From Bacteriovoracaceae bacterium (GTDB lineage: Bacteria > Bdellovibrionota > Bacteriovoracia > Bacteriovoracales > Bacteriovoracaceae): DNA of 64,000 nt. The stretch covers positions 62,001 to 126,000 of the forward strand of contig JABIHA010000084.1 in NCBI GenBank assembly GCA_018649885.1, in the 5' to 3' direction. Shown here one piece after another: positions 20,084 through 30,559 of the stretch (positions are counted from its first letter, which is position 1; each line of letters begins with the position of its first letter). The notes under the pieces are model-generated. The model worked only from the letters and a program-made list of their open reading frames with translations, was not told the DNA's origin and made no database searches. A program made the translations under genes and the position numbers.

Positions 20084-22498
20084 ATGATCGCAAAACTCAC
20101 ACTATCATTTATAATTGTAAGTTTGTTACTAAGTTGTAACTCAGAAAATCAGGCCACTGGTTCGGCGAGCGGTGTACAGAGTGCTGAGGTAAGCATTGAG
20201 GTTCCAGAAGAAAATGAAATTGTCCCAGAAATCAATACTGTCTATATTTTTGATGATGAAATAGAATCGGTGAATTATAGTGAGTTTGTGCCTTTAAGTT
20301 TTGAAAATTCAACTCTAGTAAGACATTTCGCACCTACAAAAGAATACACTCCTCAAGTTAATTTAGATCAAAAGTTTAGTTTTAGCTTCAATCGAGCAGT
20401 TTGGGTAAGAAAGTATGAAGTTAAGGTAAAGGGTTTCGCTATAGAGTATCCAGTAGGAGTAACTACTCAAGATGATATATCTGAACCTCTTTTAAGCTAT
20501 TTCGCATTTTCTCCAAGCCCTAATTATTCACCAGATTCTGAATATGAAATTACCCTGTATATAGAGTCAAATGGAGTTAAGGAAAAACTTTCGCATACAT
20601 TTAATACAGTTCAATCAGGCCTTGATGAAGTTGCACCTGAAATTTCTCAGACATATCCTCAAGAGGGCAGACAAAGCGAAAATTTTTATGTTTCTGGTTT
20701 TCTTACCGTAAATTTTTCTGAATATGTAAATCCAGATCTATTCCCTGAAAATATTGTTGTGTTGGAAAAAATAGTAGAAGATGGTTTTGAAGGAGTTGAA
20801 GGAAAGATCTCTTTTAATTACTCAGCTAAAGCGATTACTTTTCAACCTCATTCATTGCTGGATTTAGATTCTGATTATCGGATGGTCGTAAAATCCGGTT
20901 ACAGTGACTTCTCTGGTAATATTGGAGAAGGGTTAACACTTAATTTTTCCACTCTATCTCAAAATACTGAACCTCTAAAAGTTTTATATTCTGAATTTAG
21001 TCATGGTGAAAAATATATGAGTAAATACAGCAAGGTTTCATTAACTTTTTCAAGAGATTTAGATCAAAGTAGTATTGCAGGTGCTCTTGCAATGATCGAC
21101 AAGGATGGAAACACCATTACTTTTGAGTATGAATATGTTTATAGTCGTAGAAGAATTGATATCACCTTTCTTCCCGATTTTCCTTATCAGAAAGACTTAT
21201 CTATTAAAATAGATGGACTCAGAAATATTTTTGGAATAGAGCTAAGTGGTTACCAGAAAGATTTTCGTTTTGATGGCATTATTTCTCAAATTTACCCAAG
21301 CTACGAAACAAAGAGCTTCCCCGTTGATCAAAGTGTATGGGTTCAATTAAACTACCCCATTAATGAAGAAAATTTGGCAGCAGGTTTTAAATTAACTAAT
21401 GCTGATGGCGATCTTGTTTCAACTACCATTACATACGATCCTCTCGTTAACAAGGTATTTCTTGATCCTACTTACAATTTATCATATGAAACAAATTATA
21501 AAGTTGTAATTGATCATAAACTAGCTAACGGCTTTCCCTTCAAAGGAGAAGTCAGATTTAATACAGGAAACCTTTTAAAAAATCATCATCTATTAAGTAA
21601 TCTTGAGCTTCCTAGGGAAATAAATCTTCGTGGAAGAGTTGATTTGAAATTTCATTCAAATACTGACCTTGCTACTGTTACTAAAAGTAATTTCAGTCTT
21701 ATTTACTATCCATCTTGGGCACCAGAGCATGGAATCTCACAAAAATTTGAGCTCGAATTCTCTAGAACAAATCCAAATATTTCTTACATAAATTATTCGG
21801 ACTTAATCTCTAATGGTCGACATATTCTAAAAATTCGTAATATTAAAGATCAATCTGGGATTGAGCTAAATAAAGATATCGAGTTTATAACAAAAGGACT
21901 CATAGATAGAGTCATGCCTGCTAATGGTGAACAGAGCTTCGCTTCACAACGCACTATGAAGATCTTCCTTAATACTGGGATATCCTTAAATAACGATCCA
22001 ATGATTAAATTAATTGATTTAGTATCGGGCGAGGAGCTTGTAATTGACTATAGATTAAGACCAGGCTATCTCGAAATCACTTCAAGGCTAGGCCTCGAGT
22101 TTGAACGAGAGTATGAACTAACAGTAGGAAGTCTTTATGACAGAGCTGGCCAAGTTCATTCGATTACATCTCATTTTAAAACAGCAGGGTTTTTTAAAAG
22201 TAGTACGCCAATGCCAAACTCAAAGATTACTGTAAATCAAGCGAGTGCTTTTATGATATATTTAAATACCTGGATTTATCCTCAAAGCCAACAATCAGCA
22301 AATGCCATTCAGTTAATCGACCAAAATGGTAACTCCATTGATCTTAGTATATATGTTTCAAACTCAAGTTCTTATAATTACATCCGAGCTTACGGACGCG
22401 AACAGTTGCTACCAGGAGCCTACAAAATGATTTTCACCAACCTGAAAATTGAACATGGAAAAGTTCTAAACTTTGAAATCCCCTTCGAAGTTTACTAG
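20084..22498 (+). CDS. Lipoprotein with multiple bacterial Ig-like (Big_5-type) domains
   Basis: Lipobox LLSC; repeated ~100-aa beta-rich units (APEISQTYP...VNFSE...DFSGN...FST). Confidence 0.8.
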   Translation: MIAKLTLSFIIVSLLLSCNSENQATGSASGVQSAEVSIEVPEENEIVPEINTVYIFDDEIESVNYSEFVPLSFENSTLVRHFAPTKEYTPQVNLDQKFSFSFNRAVWVRKYEVKVKGFAIEYPVGVTTQDDISEPLLSYFAFSPSPNYSPDSEYEITLYIESNGVKEKLSHTFNTVQSGLDEVAPEISQTYPQEGRQSENFYVSGFLTVNFSEYVNPDLFPENIVVLEKIVEDGFEGVEGKISFNYSAKAITFQPHSLLDLDSDYRMVVKSGYSDFSGNIGEGLTLNFSTLSQNTEPLKVLYSEFSHGEKYMSKYSKVSLTFSRDLDQSSIAGALAMIDKDGNTITFEYEYVYSRRRIDITFLPDFPYQKDLSIKIDGLRNIFGIELSGYQKDFRFDGIISQIYPSYETKSFPVDQSVWVQLNYPINEENLAAGFKLTNADGDLVSTTITYDPLVNKVFLDPTYNLSYETNYKVVIDHKLANGFPFKGEVRFNTGNLLKNHHLLSNLELPREINLRGRVDLKFHSNTDLATVTKSNFSLIYYPSWAPEHGISQKFELEFSRTNPNISYINYSDLISNGRHILKIRNIKDQSGIELNKDIEFITKGLIDRVMPANGEQSFASQRTMKIFLNTGISLNNDPMIKLIDLVSGEELVIDYRLRPGYLEITSRLGLEFEREYELTVGSLYDRAGQVHSITSHFKTAGFFKSSTPMPNSKITVNQASAFMIYLNTWIYPQSQQSANAIQLIDQNGNSIDLSIYVSNSSSYNYIRAYGREQLLPGAYKMIFTNLKIEHGKVLNFEIPFEVY

Positions 22499-22537
22499 AT
22501 AAGAGTGTAAAATCTATAGCCCAAGGTAGTGGAGAGT

Positions 22538-22553
22538 TGGCCTTAAACTTGCT
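22538..22553 (+). promoter_or_regulatory. Probable sigma54 promoter
   Basis: TGGCCTTAAACTTGCT (GG-N10-GC) upstream of the small ORF at 22600. Confidence 0.55.
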
Positions 22554-22599
22554 CTATAGACTAGTGACAGTTCGTGCAGAGTCTATGGAGGACCTAACT

Positions 22600-22749
22600 A
22601 TGAAAATCTTAACTCTAACAATTCTTTCTCTTTCAATATTTGCCATGACAGGAATACAACTGGCACTTGCAATTAAGGCCGAAAATAGTGTCATTTTGGC
22701 ACACCAGGGCCGGGTAGCACTGGTAAATATTTGCACAAATCTCAAATAA
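22600..22749 (+). CDS. Small 49-aa protein with hydrophobic N-terminus
   Basis: GGAGGA SD, then ATG 22600: MKILTLTILSLSIFAMTGIQLALA... Confidence 0.6.
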   Translation: MKILTLTILSLSIFAMTGIQLALAIKAENSVILAHQGRVALVNICTNLK

Positions 22750-22752
22750 AAT

Positions 22753-23697
22753 CTAAAGATGGTTTTGAAGGTACTTAATAAACTGCTTATTATCTTGACT
22801 TGGATTTTCTAGATTTTTTGAATCATTCCATAATTGTACAATATATTGGCAGAATAAGTGTGTTAGGTTTTCTGTGAATGAGGCTTTTTGTTCTGCGTTT
22901 TTTAAATCTTTAAGATATGTACTTCCAAGAAATGAACGTGTCGGCGTGAAATATGAGTGGGCCTTCACTTGGTATGGTTCATTTCCCCAATTATCACTAT
23001 CAACTTTCCTCGAAAAACTTCGGGCACGGGCCTTACTTATAGATAATGCATCTATTACAGGTGCAGTGAAAACTTTTTCTATTATATCTAAATCATCACT
23101 ATAAAGAGCTGCTATGACATCTGCATGCAATTCCGCAAAGGGAAGTAGGAGCTTAATTATCTTGTATCGTCTAAAACGAAAATCATAAAATTGTTTATTA
23201 GCTTTCTCATAGAGAAGCTCTGGATTTGTAAAATCGCTATCTGCTGCTTCTTGCTCTACAAGCATATGAACAGTATCGATTGCACTTCTAAGTGATGTTG
23301 AAGTATCTTTTAGTTTTAAAAAATCAGGATGATATTTGGCCAGTTGATCAAAAAATGCCCAGTGAGCTAGCTCATGGGCCCACAGGCCTCGACTGATTTG
23401 TAGGGATTGTTCATGGCCACCAACGATAAATCTTTTTTGTAGGAAAATTCCTCCTCCCTCATCAAAGCGAGTTTGGATAAAAGAAGAATCTTCGACATAG
23501 GCACTAATTTTTCTTTCAAAAGGAATTAGCGAATCAACAAAATGAGCAACACTAGTGAGTTCATCAAAAATCTCACATCCCTCACTCTCATTTTGACTAT
23601 GCTGGTAATAAAAAAATGGATTTTGAGAACTATCGCAAATTAATGCATAAGCTTTAGATTGATAAAATAGTACTAAAATTAAAAAGATCCATCTCAT
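22753..23697 (-). CDS. Secreted putative zinc metalloprotease
   Basis: Signal peptide ending AYA; WAHELAH (HExxH); downstream ELHAD. Confidence 0.65.
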   Translation of the reverse strand: MRWIFLILVLFYQSKAYALICDSSQNPFFYYQHSQNESEGCEIFDELTSVAHFVDSLIPFERKISAYVEDSSFIQTRFDEGGGIFLQKRFIVGGHEQSLQISRGLWAHELAHWAFFDQLAKYHPDFLKLKDTSTSLRSAIDTVHMLVEQEAADSDFTNPELLYEKANKQFYDFRFRRYKIIKLLLPFAELHADVIAALYSDDLDIIEKVFTAPVIDALSISKARARSFSRKVDSDNWGNEPYQVKAHSYFTPTRSFLGSTYLKDLKNAEQKASFTENLTHLFCQYIVQLWNDSKNLENPSQDNKQFIKYLQNHL

Positions 23698-23888
23698 AGT
23701 CCCAGAGCGTATTACAGTGCATGTGCTTTGTTACAGTATCCTGAATATTTTTCAGGTTTTTTCTTGGGGGTACTATGAAATAACGCTGGGCGCATGCTGC
23801 GAATTGCTCATTAAATCCCTACTTTTAAGAAAAAAATACTGACTTTATTTATACAGCATTTGTCCTATATTATTGATTAAGGAATTGG

Positions 23889-24989
23889 TTGCGAGGACAA
23901 TACTTGAGCAAAACTGTCGTTTTCATTTTATCTCTTTTTTTATTCAGCCGTGTTTCACTGTCTGAGACCATGCAATCATATATGGACCAATTTCTTATTG
24001 AAGACATAGGCTATGCTATATCAAAAGTAGAATCAGATCTTGGTATTGGACAATGTACTGCTGATGGAGAAGTAACAAGGGAAAGTATTCCAAACCCATT
24101 TGGTTATGTTCATGATTCAAAAAGACAAGACTATAGACCCTTTGATTGCAATCCTTTAACTGAGGAAAATTTTTGTGCACAAGTTAAGGAGCGCTGCCTT
24201 TCTCTCTATGAAGTCCCTACTAGCTTAGATGAAGGGGCCCAGCATTGCGTTGTAGAAAGTGAAGATAAAATTGAGGAGCTAGCATCTGATGATAGACATA
24301 TGTGGCAAGCACTCACTAATGCAGAAGCTTTTTTAGAATCTTTGAAAAGTGATGAAGTTTTGAAAAAAAGGTGTTGCTGTAAAGCAGGTTCTTCAGGGAA
24401 TGAAGAATGTAATAGTAGTTGTATTAGTGATCTTGGAGAAGTAAGCCTTAATGTCGCAGTGGATGCGACTCAAGGTTTTGCTGCCTATTATAGAATTCTA
24501 GATAATGATATCAATTTATCTATGAATGCTATTTTAAAGTATCAAAATAAAGAGGGGCTTGAGTCAATTATCAGGCATGAGTTTGGACATGCTTGTCAAT
24601 TCAATGGTCTTCATCATGATTCCACTTTTAGGACTGAAATAATATCAACAAATCTTCATGAGTGCTCCAATATTGCTCATGGTGAATTTAGTTATGACCG
24701 TTTTGCAAACCCAGCTCTAAGTACTTGTCTAATTAAAGAAGTGACAAATAGTGATCTCAGCTTTTGGAATGATTACGGTAAATATGAGTATTGGATACCA
24801 GGTTGTAAATCACAAAGATTGAGAGAGGCATTTGCCGATACTATTTTTATCGAAAGCTGGAATACACCATTTCATTTCACCCATAGTTGTGCAAATCCTG
24901 ATGGTGATGGTCTTCATCACCCCTTTACAGAGGTACTTCAATGTTTATTCGAATCAGGCCAGTTTCCTGGTCAATTTTGCTCTTCTTAG
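23889..24989 (+). CDS. Secreted Cys-rich putative zinc metalloprotease
   Basis: IRHEFGH (HExxH), REAFAD and HHP motifs. Confidence 0.65.
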   Translation: MRGQYLSKTVVFILSLFLFSRVSLSETMQSYMDQFLIEDIGYAISKVESDLGIGQCTADGEVTRESIPNPFGYVHDSKRQDYRPFDCNPLTEENFCAQVKERCLSLYEVPTSLDEGAQHCVVESEDKIEELASDDRHMWQALTNAEAFLESLKSDEVLKKRCCCKAGSSGNEECNSSCISDLGEVSLNVAVDATQGFAAYYRILDNDINLSMNAILKYQNKEGLESIIRHEFGHACQFNGLHHDSTFRTEIISTNLHECSNIAHGEFSYDRFANPALSTCLIKEVTNSDLSFWNDYGKYEYWIPGCKSQRLREAFADTIFIESWNTPFHFTHSCANPDGDGLHHPFTEVLQCLFESGQFPGQFCSS

Positions 24990-25375
24990 CTTCATTTTCG
25001 TTTAATTTACGAGCTGAAACTTTAGAGTTAAGAAGTTATACAGATAAAGGGATTAAGTGGAATCACCAATATTCTATTTCATCATCAATATGCAAAGCAA
25101 AGAGCAAGAAACCAAAAGTCTTTGGTAACTCAGTATGCAAGCAGATTAATAAATATGTAAAAACACTTTCAATTGGTGGACTTGCTTCTCCTGAACAAAG
25201 GGAGAGAGATCTGATTTATTATCAATTTGTGTGGAAGAAAAAAAGCTACTTCGCGCCACTAGAACCTGAGAAAATATGTTCAATTGATGTAAAATTGAAA
25301 AAGCTAAATTGCAAAGATCAAAAACTTTCAGATATATCTAAATTAGTTAGAATTCTTCTTCTAGAACAGGTGTAG
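24941..25375 (+). CDS. Basic secreted hypothetical protein
   Basis: Signal-like N-terminus; overlaps the end of the protease gene. Confidence 0.55.
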   Translation: MFIRIRPVSWSILLFLASFSFNLRAETLELRSYTDKGIKWNHQYSISSSICKAKSKKPKVFGNSVCKQINKYVKTLSIGGLASPEQRERDLIYYQFVWKKKSYFAPLEPEKICSIDVKLKKLNCKDQKLSDISKLVRILLLEQV

Positions 25376-25394
25376 GGCCACTAGTTGGCATTAC

Positions 25395-25922
25395 TCAAGA
25401 GCTAATTTTATGTTTATATAAATTAATTGGATCGCTGACCCCCTTACCACCAATCTGGTTAACAGATTTTTCGAAGTTAAATCCTAATTTGTCTACTATG
25501 CGAATGGAAATAGTATTTTTTGGATGAATCATTGCTGTCAGTGCTGATAGGTTATGACTGCTTGCTTTATTAACAATGCCACTGGATATTTCAAAGGCAA
25601 ATCCTTTGTTCCAGTGATTTTTATCTATTAAATAACCTAAATCAAATTCATCATTTCCTTCAATATCTACTTTTGAAATTCCAGACACACCTACGACTTC
25701 GCCTTCATCTTTTGATATCACCATTCCTGGACCAAATCCCAGCTCGGCCCAATTCTTTAGAGCGCGATCGATGGTTTCTTTGATTGATTTCTCGGGTCTT
25801 GGTCCACCAACGTGTGTGGTGACTTCAGGGTCAGTTAACCACCGAAGAAAGTACTGATCATCTTGCTCAGTAATTTTTCTAATATATAGTCTATTGGTTT
25901 CAAGATAAATTTCTTGCTTCAT
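25395..25922 (-). CDS. GNAT acetyltransferase (RimJ/RimL-like)
   Basis: LETNRLYIR, LGY...WNKGFAFE and NTISIRIVDKLGF motifs. Confidence 0.85.
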   Translation of the reverse strand: MKQEIYLETNRLYIRKITEQDDQYFLRWLTDPEVTTHVGGPRPEKSIKETIDRALKNWAELGFGPGMVISKDEGEVVGVSGISKVDIEGNDEFDLGYLIDKNHWNKGFAFEISSGIVNKASSHNLSALTAMIHPKNTISIRIVDKLGFNFEKSVNQIGGKGVSDPINLYKHKISS

Positions 25923-25950
25923 AAATCTATTCTAACTTATTTTAGAATAA

Positions 25951-26841
25951 TCACAATGTCTTAGGATTTTCCTGGAGAGGAATCCAAATCTCCATTTGGG
26001 ACTCATCACTTTCAGGCTTAAACTCTGCAGGATAAACCTCTAGGTCTGAAGCCGGTGCCAGTTTATGGCCACTTTGAGGTAGCCAAGATCCCCATATATA
26101 TTGATTGGTAAGATTCAAATCATTCACACCACCATGGTGAGTAAACACGGCATATTTTTGCTTAGGAATATAAATTAATTCCATACCTTGAGGTGGTGTA
26201 GTCTCTTTTTCAACTTCTACGCCAGCATAGTAATTAAAGTGATCTTGGATATGATTTTCTTTCCAGATTTCTTTGCATATTCCGTAGGTAATAAATGAAT
26301 CACCAATCTTCCCAAGTTTATTGGGAATTTCATCGAAACGATTTAAAAATTCAGGCCATAGAAGGTTTCCGATTTCATCTGTATTAGCTCTTTCAAATAC
26401 TTTACCTGGTCCAATTACATAAAAATCTTCTCTTGTTTGGTACTTTGGTTTCATGTCAATAACTCCTCGCCTAAGATGGCCAATTAGATCAGTTGTAATC
26501 GCTTCAAGTTTTCTAAGCCCAAAGTCAGAGCTACTCTTACGATACTTGTTTGGAGTGGCTCCAAACATTTTTTTGAACGCACGAGTAAATGCTTCTTGGG
26601 ATTCAAAACCAGAACCTAGCGCAACTTCTATTATTCTTTCAGAGGAGTGCTTTAGTTTATTTGCAGCCGTGGTAAGTCTACGCCTTCGAATGTAACTTCC
26701 AAGACTAAGGCCTGTAACGGCCGCAAACATTTTTTGAAAATGATGAGTGGAATAACCTGAGTACTCAGAAACGTCCCTAACAGACAGGTCGCTACTGAGG
26801 TGGTCTTCAATGTGGGTTACAATATCAATCATCACTTTCAT
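25951..26841 (-). CDS. AraC-family regulator with C-terminal GyrI-like domain
   Basis: YIRRRRL...GFESQEAFTRAFKK...P; YAVFTH...IWGSWLPQSG; GAGGTG SD before ATG 26841. Confidence 0.9.
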   Translation of the reverse strand: MKVMIDIVTHIEDHLSSDLSVRDVSEYSGYSTHHFQKMFAAVTGLSLGSYIRRRRLTTAANKLKHSSERIIEVALGSGFESQEAFTRAFKKMFGATPNKYRKSSSDFGLRKLEAITTDLIGHLRRGVIDMKPKYQTREDFYVIGPGKVFERANTDEIGNLLWPEFLNRFDEIPNKLGKIGDSFITYGICKEIWKENHIQDHFNYYAGVEVEKETTPPQGMELIYIPKQKYAVFTHHGGVNDLNLTNQYIWGSWLPQSGHKLAPASDLEVYPAEFKPESDESQMEIWIPLQENPKTL

Positions 26842-27035
26842 AGACACCTCTTTGAATAACAATTTAGAGCATGTGGGAACCTCTTTTTTGATCATTTGTG
26901 TGATTAAATTGATTTTTTTTGCTGAATTTAGGGTTTAAGTCTTCTTTTATGCATGACGCGATATTTTTAAACTAATTATCCATCACTTTCTTTAACTGCC
27001 TCGCCAAGGTTTTCTCCAACATTGGCCCCATAAAT

Positions 27036-27818
27036 CTACAGTTGAACCTCTGGCGGAAGGGTGAGTTCTTCAATTTCAGTACAAAATGATTGAAGCAAAT
27101 TTTTGACAACTTTTGATTTATCGACAGGGACGCTTACTTCAAAGGCTTCCACATTTATGGGAGAGCTAATATAAAAGCATTTCAAAATTTGAGATTCACT
27201 AACTAGGCAGGCATTTTTTAAAATATTTTCAGATGTAGCGAGCTTTAAATCTTCTTTAGCTGAGGAGGTTAAGCGAACTCCCACTTTCATAAAATCTTCC
27301 TTGTCTGGGACCTGATAAACCTCCATGAAATCGGCACCAGAAATAAAGGGCTTTGATTCAAAAAAGTATTTTCGATTTTCAAAAGTACGCTCTTCAATAA
27401 AATTAAGACCTTCTTTAATATCAGCAATAAAAAATCCCAGGTTGGGGCTGACTTCTTTGCATCTCGGAGCCTGGTAATTGGCAACAAAGTGTTCGTATTG
27501 ACCAAGACAAAATGCATTTCCATCTTTTGCACATTTTAAATAAATTGAAATAATTTGAAGCACACCTTCCAGGCTTCCCTTATTTTTTAATTCCATAATT
27601 AATTTATGATCAACGATACTATTTTCTACATTAATATTAGTTGAGTCTTCGGGCGTCGGTATGGAATTTAGTTTTTTATCTTTAACTTTTATATTCTTTG
27701 TTTTCACAATCTTTTTTGCCATTTCTCCCAATGGGGTTATTGTCGGATTTTTAGAAGAGTCTTGATTGCTCTGATCTTTAACTTCATCATCTTCAAATAA
27801 AATGAAGGCCGCTAACAA
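27036..27818 (-). CDS. Hypothetical protein; start uncertain, N-terminal anchor probably extends upstream
   Basis: 260-aa ORF; the upstream sequence looks hydrophobic. Confidence 0.55.
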   Translation of the reverse strand: MLAAFILFEDDEVKDQSNQDSSKNPTITPLGEMAKKIVKTKNIKVKDKKLNSIPTPEDSTNINVENSIVDHKLIMELKNKGSLEGVLQIISIYLKCAKDGNAFCLGQYEHFVANYQAPRCKEVSPNLGFFIADIKEGLNFIEERTFENRKYFFESKPFISGADFMEVYQVPDKEDFMKVGVRLTSSAKEDLKLATSENILKNACLVSESQILKCFYISSPINVEAFEVSVPVDKSKVVKNLLQSFCTEIEELTLPPEVQL

Positions 27819-28050
27819 GAGCGCTGCAAATAAAACTGTAATTTTAGGTTTTAAATTTTTATTTATTGGTGCTTTAATAAGTAATTCCTTTAAATGTACA
27901 ATGCGCTTAAATGGTATGACAACCTCATTGCTAATGAAAGTGATATTACCAAGGGCAACTTAGAGCGCACGAAAAATCGTGATGCTGCCATTAAGCTCAA
28001 AGCTTTCTAAAATTTATTGTTTGCTGTCAAAGTATGCTAATATTATTTAA

Positions 28051-28968
28051 GTGAAGATCATTTTCAGTATCACAATCATTCTATTTTCATCACAATTGCT
28101 ATTTGCTGCAGAGACGGATGGTTATTCATCTAGGTATCAGCCTATAGAAAGTGCCCTTCCTGATCTTAACTTTGAGGTCAACAGGCGTATTAAGCACGCC
28201 ATTGATAGCCTCAATGGTGAGCGTGGTATTTCACTAGAATGTGACTGGGATAATTTGGCTTCGCTTCTAGGAGATCAGCTCAGACGTCCCTTCCTAGGAA
28301 AAATCGAGTCTTTTATTACTAGCTCGAAGGATTTACCCAAATCAAAGATTGATTTCGATCACTCTATTTATGAAAATGTCCCACTACTTCACAGTTTTCC
28401 TATCCAAGTGGGCTTATGGCTGGGAATCGGATTTACAGTACCAATTCATCACAAGGGACTTCTGATTGGAGCAGATAAATTTGGCCATTTTTTCGATGAA
28501 GGCCATTATTACTACTTGCTGGTTCACTACTGGGACTTTACTTTTTCTAAAGCGCTAGATTTGGGAGAGCTATTAGAGTACTCCTTCGAAGGAAAGCTTC
28601 TTGGAGGGGTTTACTCATACGCTGATCTTGCGGCCAACTATGATGGCTACAGGTTTTGGCTTGACCTGCTAGGCTCACCCAAAAAGAAAATAAGCTCAAA
28701 GTATATTTCTTGCGCAAAAGGAAATTGGAAACTTAGCAAAAGTATTGATCTAGACACTTATGTTTCCGCCTCATGGGATGAAGGAATGAATTGCAATGAA
28801 TACCGCTCGTCAGGTATGAAGGAGGGCATTGATAAGTCAGTCCGAATTCTCGAAAAAAGAGATAAGAGGCGCTATCGTTGTCCTGTTTATCCAGAGCGTG
28901 TTCCAGGCATGATTAGTGCTTACGGCGAATATTCTAGTCATGTCATCAACCCAACTCTTTTGCCTTAA
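28051..28968 (+). CDS. Secreted hypothetical protein
   Basis: Signal peptide; motif-like IGADKFGHFFDEG and GVYSYADLAANYDG segments. Confidence 0.75.
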   Translation: MKIIFSITIILFSSQLLFAAETDGYSSRYQPIESALPDLNFEVNRRIKHAIDSLNGERGISLECDWDNLASLLGDQLRRPFLGKIESFITSSKDLPKSKIDFDHSIYENVPLLHSFPIQVGLWLGIGFTVPIHHKGLLIGADKFGHFFDEGHYYYLLVHYWDFTFSKALDLGELLEYSFEGKLLGGVYSYADLAANYDGYRFWLDLLGSPKKKISSKYISCAKGNWKLSKSIDLDTYVSASWDEGMNCNEYRSSGMKEGIDKSVRILEKRDKRRYRCPVYPERVPGMISAYGEYSSHVINPTLLP

Positions 28969-29035
28969 TATGCCAGCCCCCCCCTGTTGGACTGAATACA
29001 ACAAAGCTTTCTCTATTTCTGCAACTATGAATTTA

Positions 29036-30352
29036 TTAACATACTGCCTTGGGCAATTTAATTATAAAGCACGTACTTTGAGAAGAATTATCAATTTCAA
29101 GAGAGCCATGGTGCATCTCCAATATTGATTTTGAAATAGATAAACCCAATCCAGTACCTTTCCCAACTCCTTTTGAAGTGTAAAAGGGCTCAAACAGGCT
29201 ATTTTGAATCTTTTCAGGAATACCAGTACCGCTGTCAGTAATCTTAATGATATCAAATCCTTGAGATTCAAGACTTCTAACCTCTACCCACCTTTCGTCT
29301 AAATTTTCAATTGCATCATAGGAATTATTCAACAGATTGATCAAGACTTGAGAAATTTGTACCCTATCGCACAGAATTTTTTTATCAAAGCTCTTATCTT
29401 CCAGATCAAGCCTATAGGAAACTTCATTAATTCTAAATTTTTCAGATGAAAGACTTATAATATCTTGCAAAATATCTTTAAGATTTACTTCTGTCTTTTC
29501 AAATTTACCAGTGTCTCTCGAGATAGTTTTTAACCCATCAATGATCTTTGAAATTCTTATAATAGTTTTCTCTATGTTTGAAACACCCTCTAGAATATTT
29601 TCTTTACTTAATTTATTTTCATTGGCCAACTTTGAGATATTTTTCACTGATATATTGATTATAGCTAGCGGATTATTTATTTCGTGTGCAATTCCCCCAA
29701 CCATCTCTCCCATAGAAGCCAACTTAGAAGTATAGCTTAGCTGAACATGAATTAATTCAAGCTCTTTAATGAAGCTTAAAATTTTTTTACCCAAAAAAAC
29801 CGCCACAAATATTCCAAAGATAATAAATATCACAATAAGATACTCACTTACTCTAACCTGCTCAAAAATTAGTGAATGATTTAAATTGAGGTTGTTTTGA
29901 TGCTCGTCAATTAAGGTTCCTATAATACTTATTATTTTTTTCTCTATTACTTCAAACTCCTCTTTTTTTTCAAGTACCACTTCCCCTGAAAAACCTTTTC
30001 TTTTTAAATCAACAATTTCCCAGCAGGTATTTATTAACTCACCTATTATTGTCGTTAGGTTTTCGGCAAGAATTTTATTTTTTGGTATTATGGTAAACCC
30101 AGTTGCATCAAGTTTTTCCAACCCTCTCCTGATTACCTCAATGCCGGTTTTTATCAAAGCTACTTCATTTTCCTCAGCTGAAATAAAACCGAACTCGCTT
30201 GTAGAGGCAACTAGCCTAATCACTCCGAAACGAATATCTTGAAAGGTTCGAATAACTGGAATACTTTCTTCAACAACTCTTCTATAGTAATTGCTACTTT
30301 TATTAAGAGCATGGAATCCAACGATACCCACAGAAACTATGACTACGATCAT
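29036..30352 (-). CDS. Membrane sensor histidine kinase; no cognate regulator nearby
   Basis: H-box GIAHEINNPL, N-box NLLNNSYDA, DSGTGI, FEPFYTSK, GTGLGL. Confidence 0.9.
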   Translation of the reverse strand: MIVVIVSVGIVGFHALNKSSNYYRRVVEESIPVIRTFQDIRFGVIRLVASTSEFGFISAEENEVALIKTGIEVIRRGLEKLDATGFTIIPKNKILAENLTTIIGELINTCWEIVDLKRKGFSGEVVLEKKEEFEVIEKKIISIIGTLIDEHQNNLNLNHSLIFEQVRVSEYLIVIFIIFGIFVAVFLGKKILSFIKELELIHVQLSYTSKLASMGEMVGGIAHEINNPLAIINISVKNISKLANENKLSKENILEGVSNIEKTIIRISKIIDGLKTISRDTGKFEKTEVNLKDILQDIISLSSEKFRINEVSYRLDLEDKSFDKKILCDRVQISQVLINLLNNSYDAIENLDERWVEVRSLESQGFDIIKITDSGTGIPEKIQNSLFEPFYTSKGVGKGTGLGLSISKSILEMHHGSLEIDNSSQSTCFIIKLPKAVC

Positions 30353-30559
30353 TGAAATGTTAATCAGATATATCAGACTATGTTTGTTTTTTTTTACTCG
30401 TAAGCCTCTACTCTTATTAAATGTCTAAAATTAAAATAACTCAAGGTGAAACTTTTTCGAAATTTAGAATGGACTAAATGTTTTTCAAACCAAAATGTTT
30501 CGCAACTGTAAATACCCAACCTTTTTAAATTTTCTTTAACATGATATAAAATTCTAACT

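Noticed and set aside
30352..30430. Possible N-terminal extension of the sensor kinase
   Set aside because: The frame is open briefly upstream but I found no clear start before an in-frame TAG; cannot resolve.
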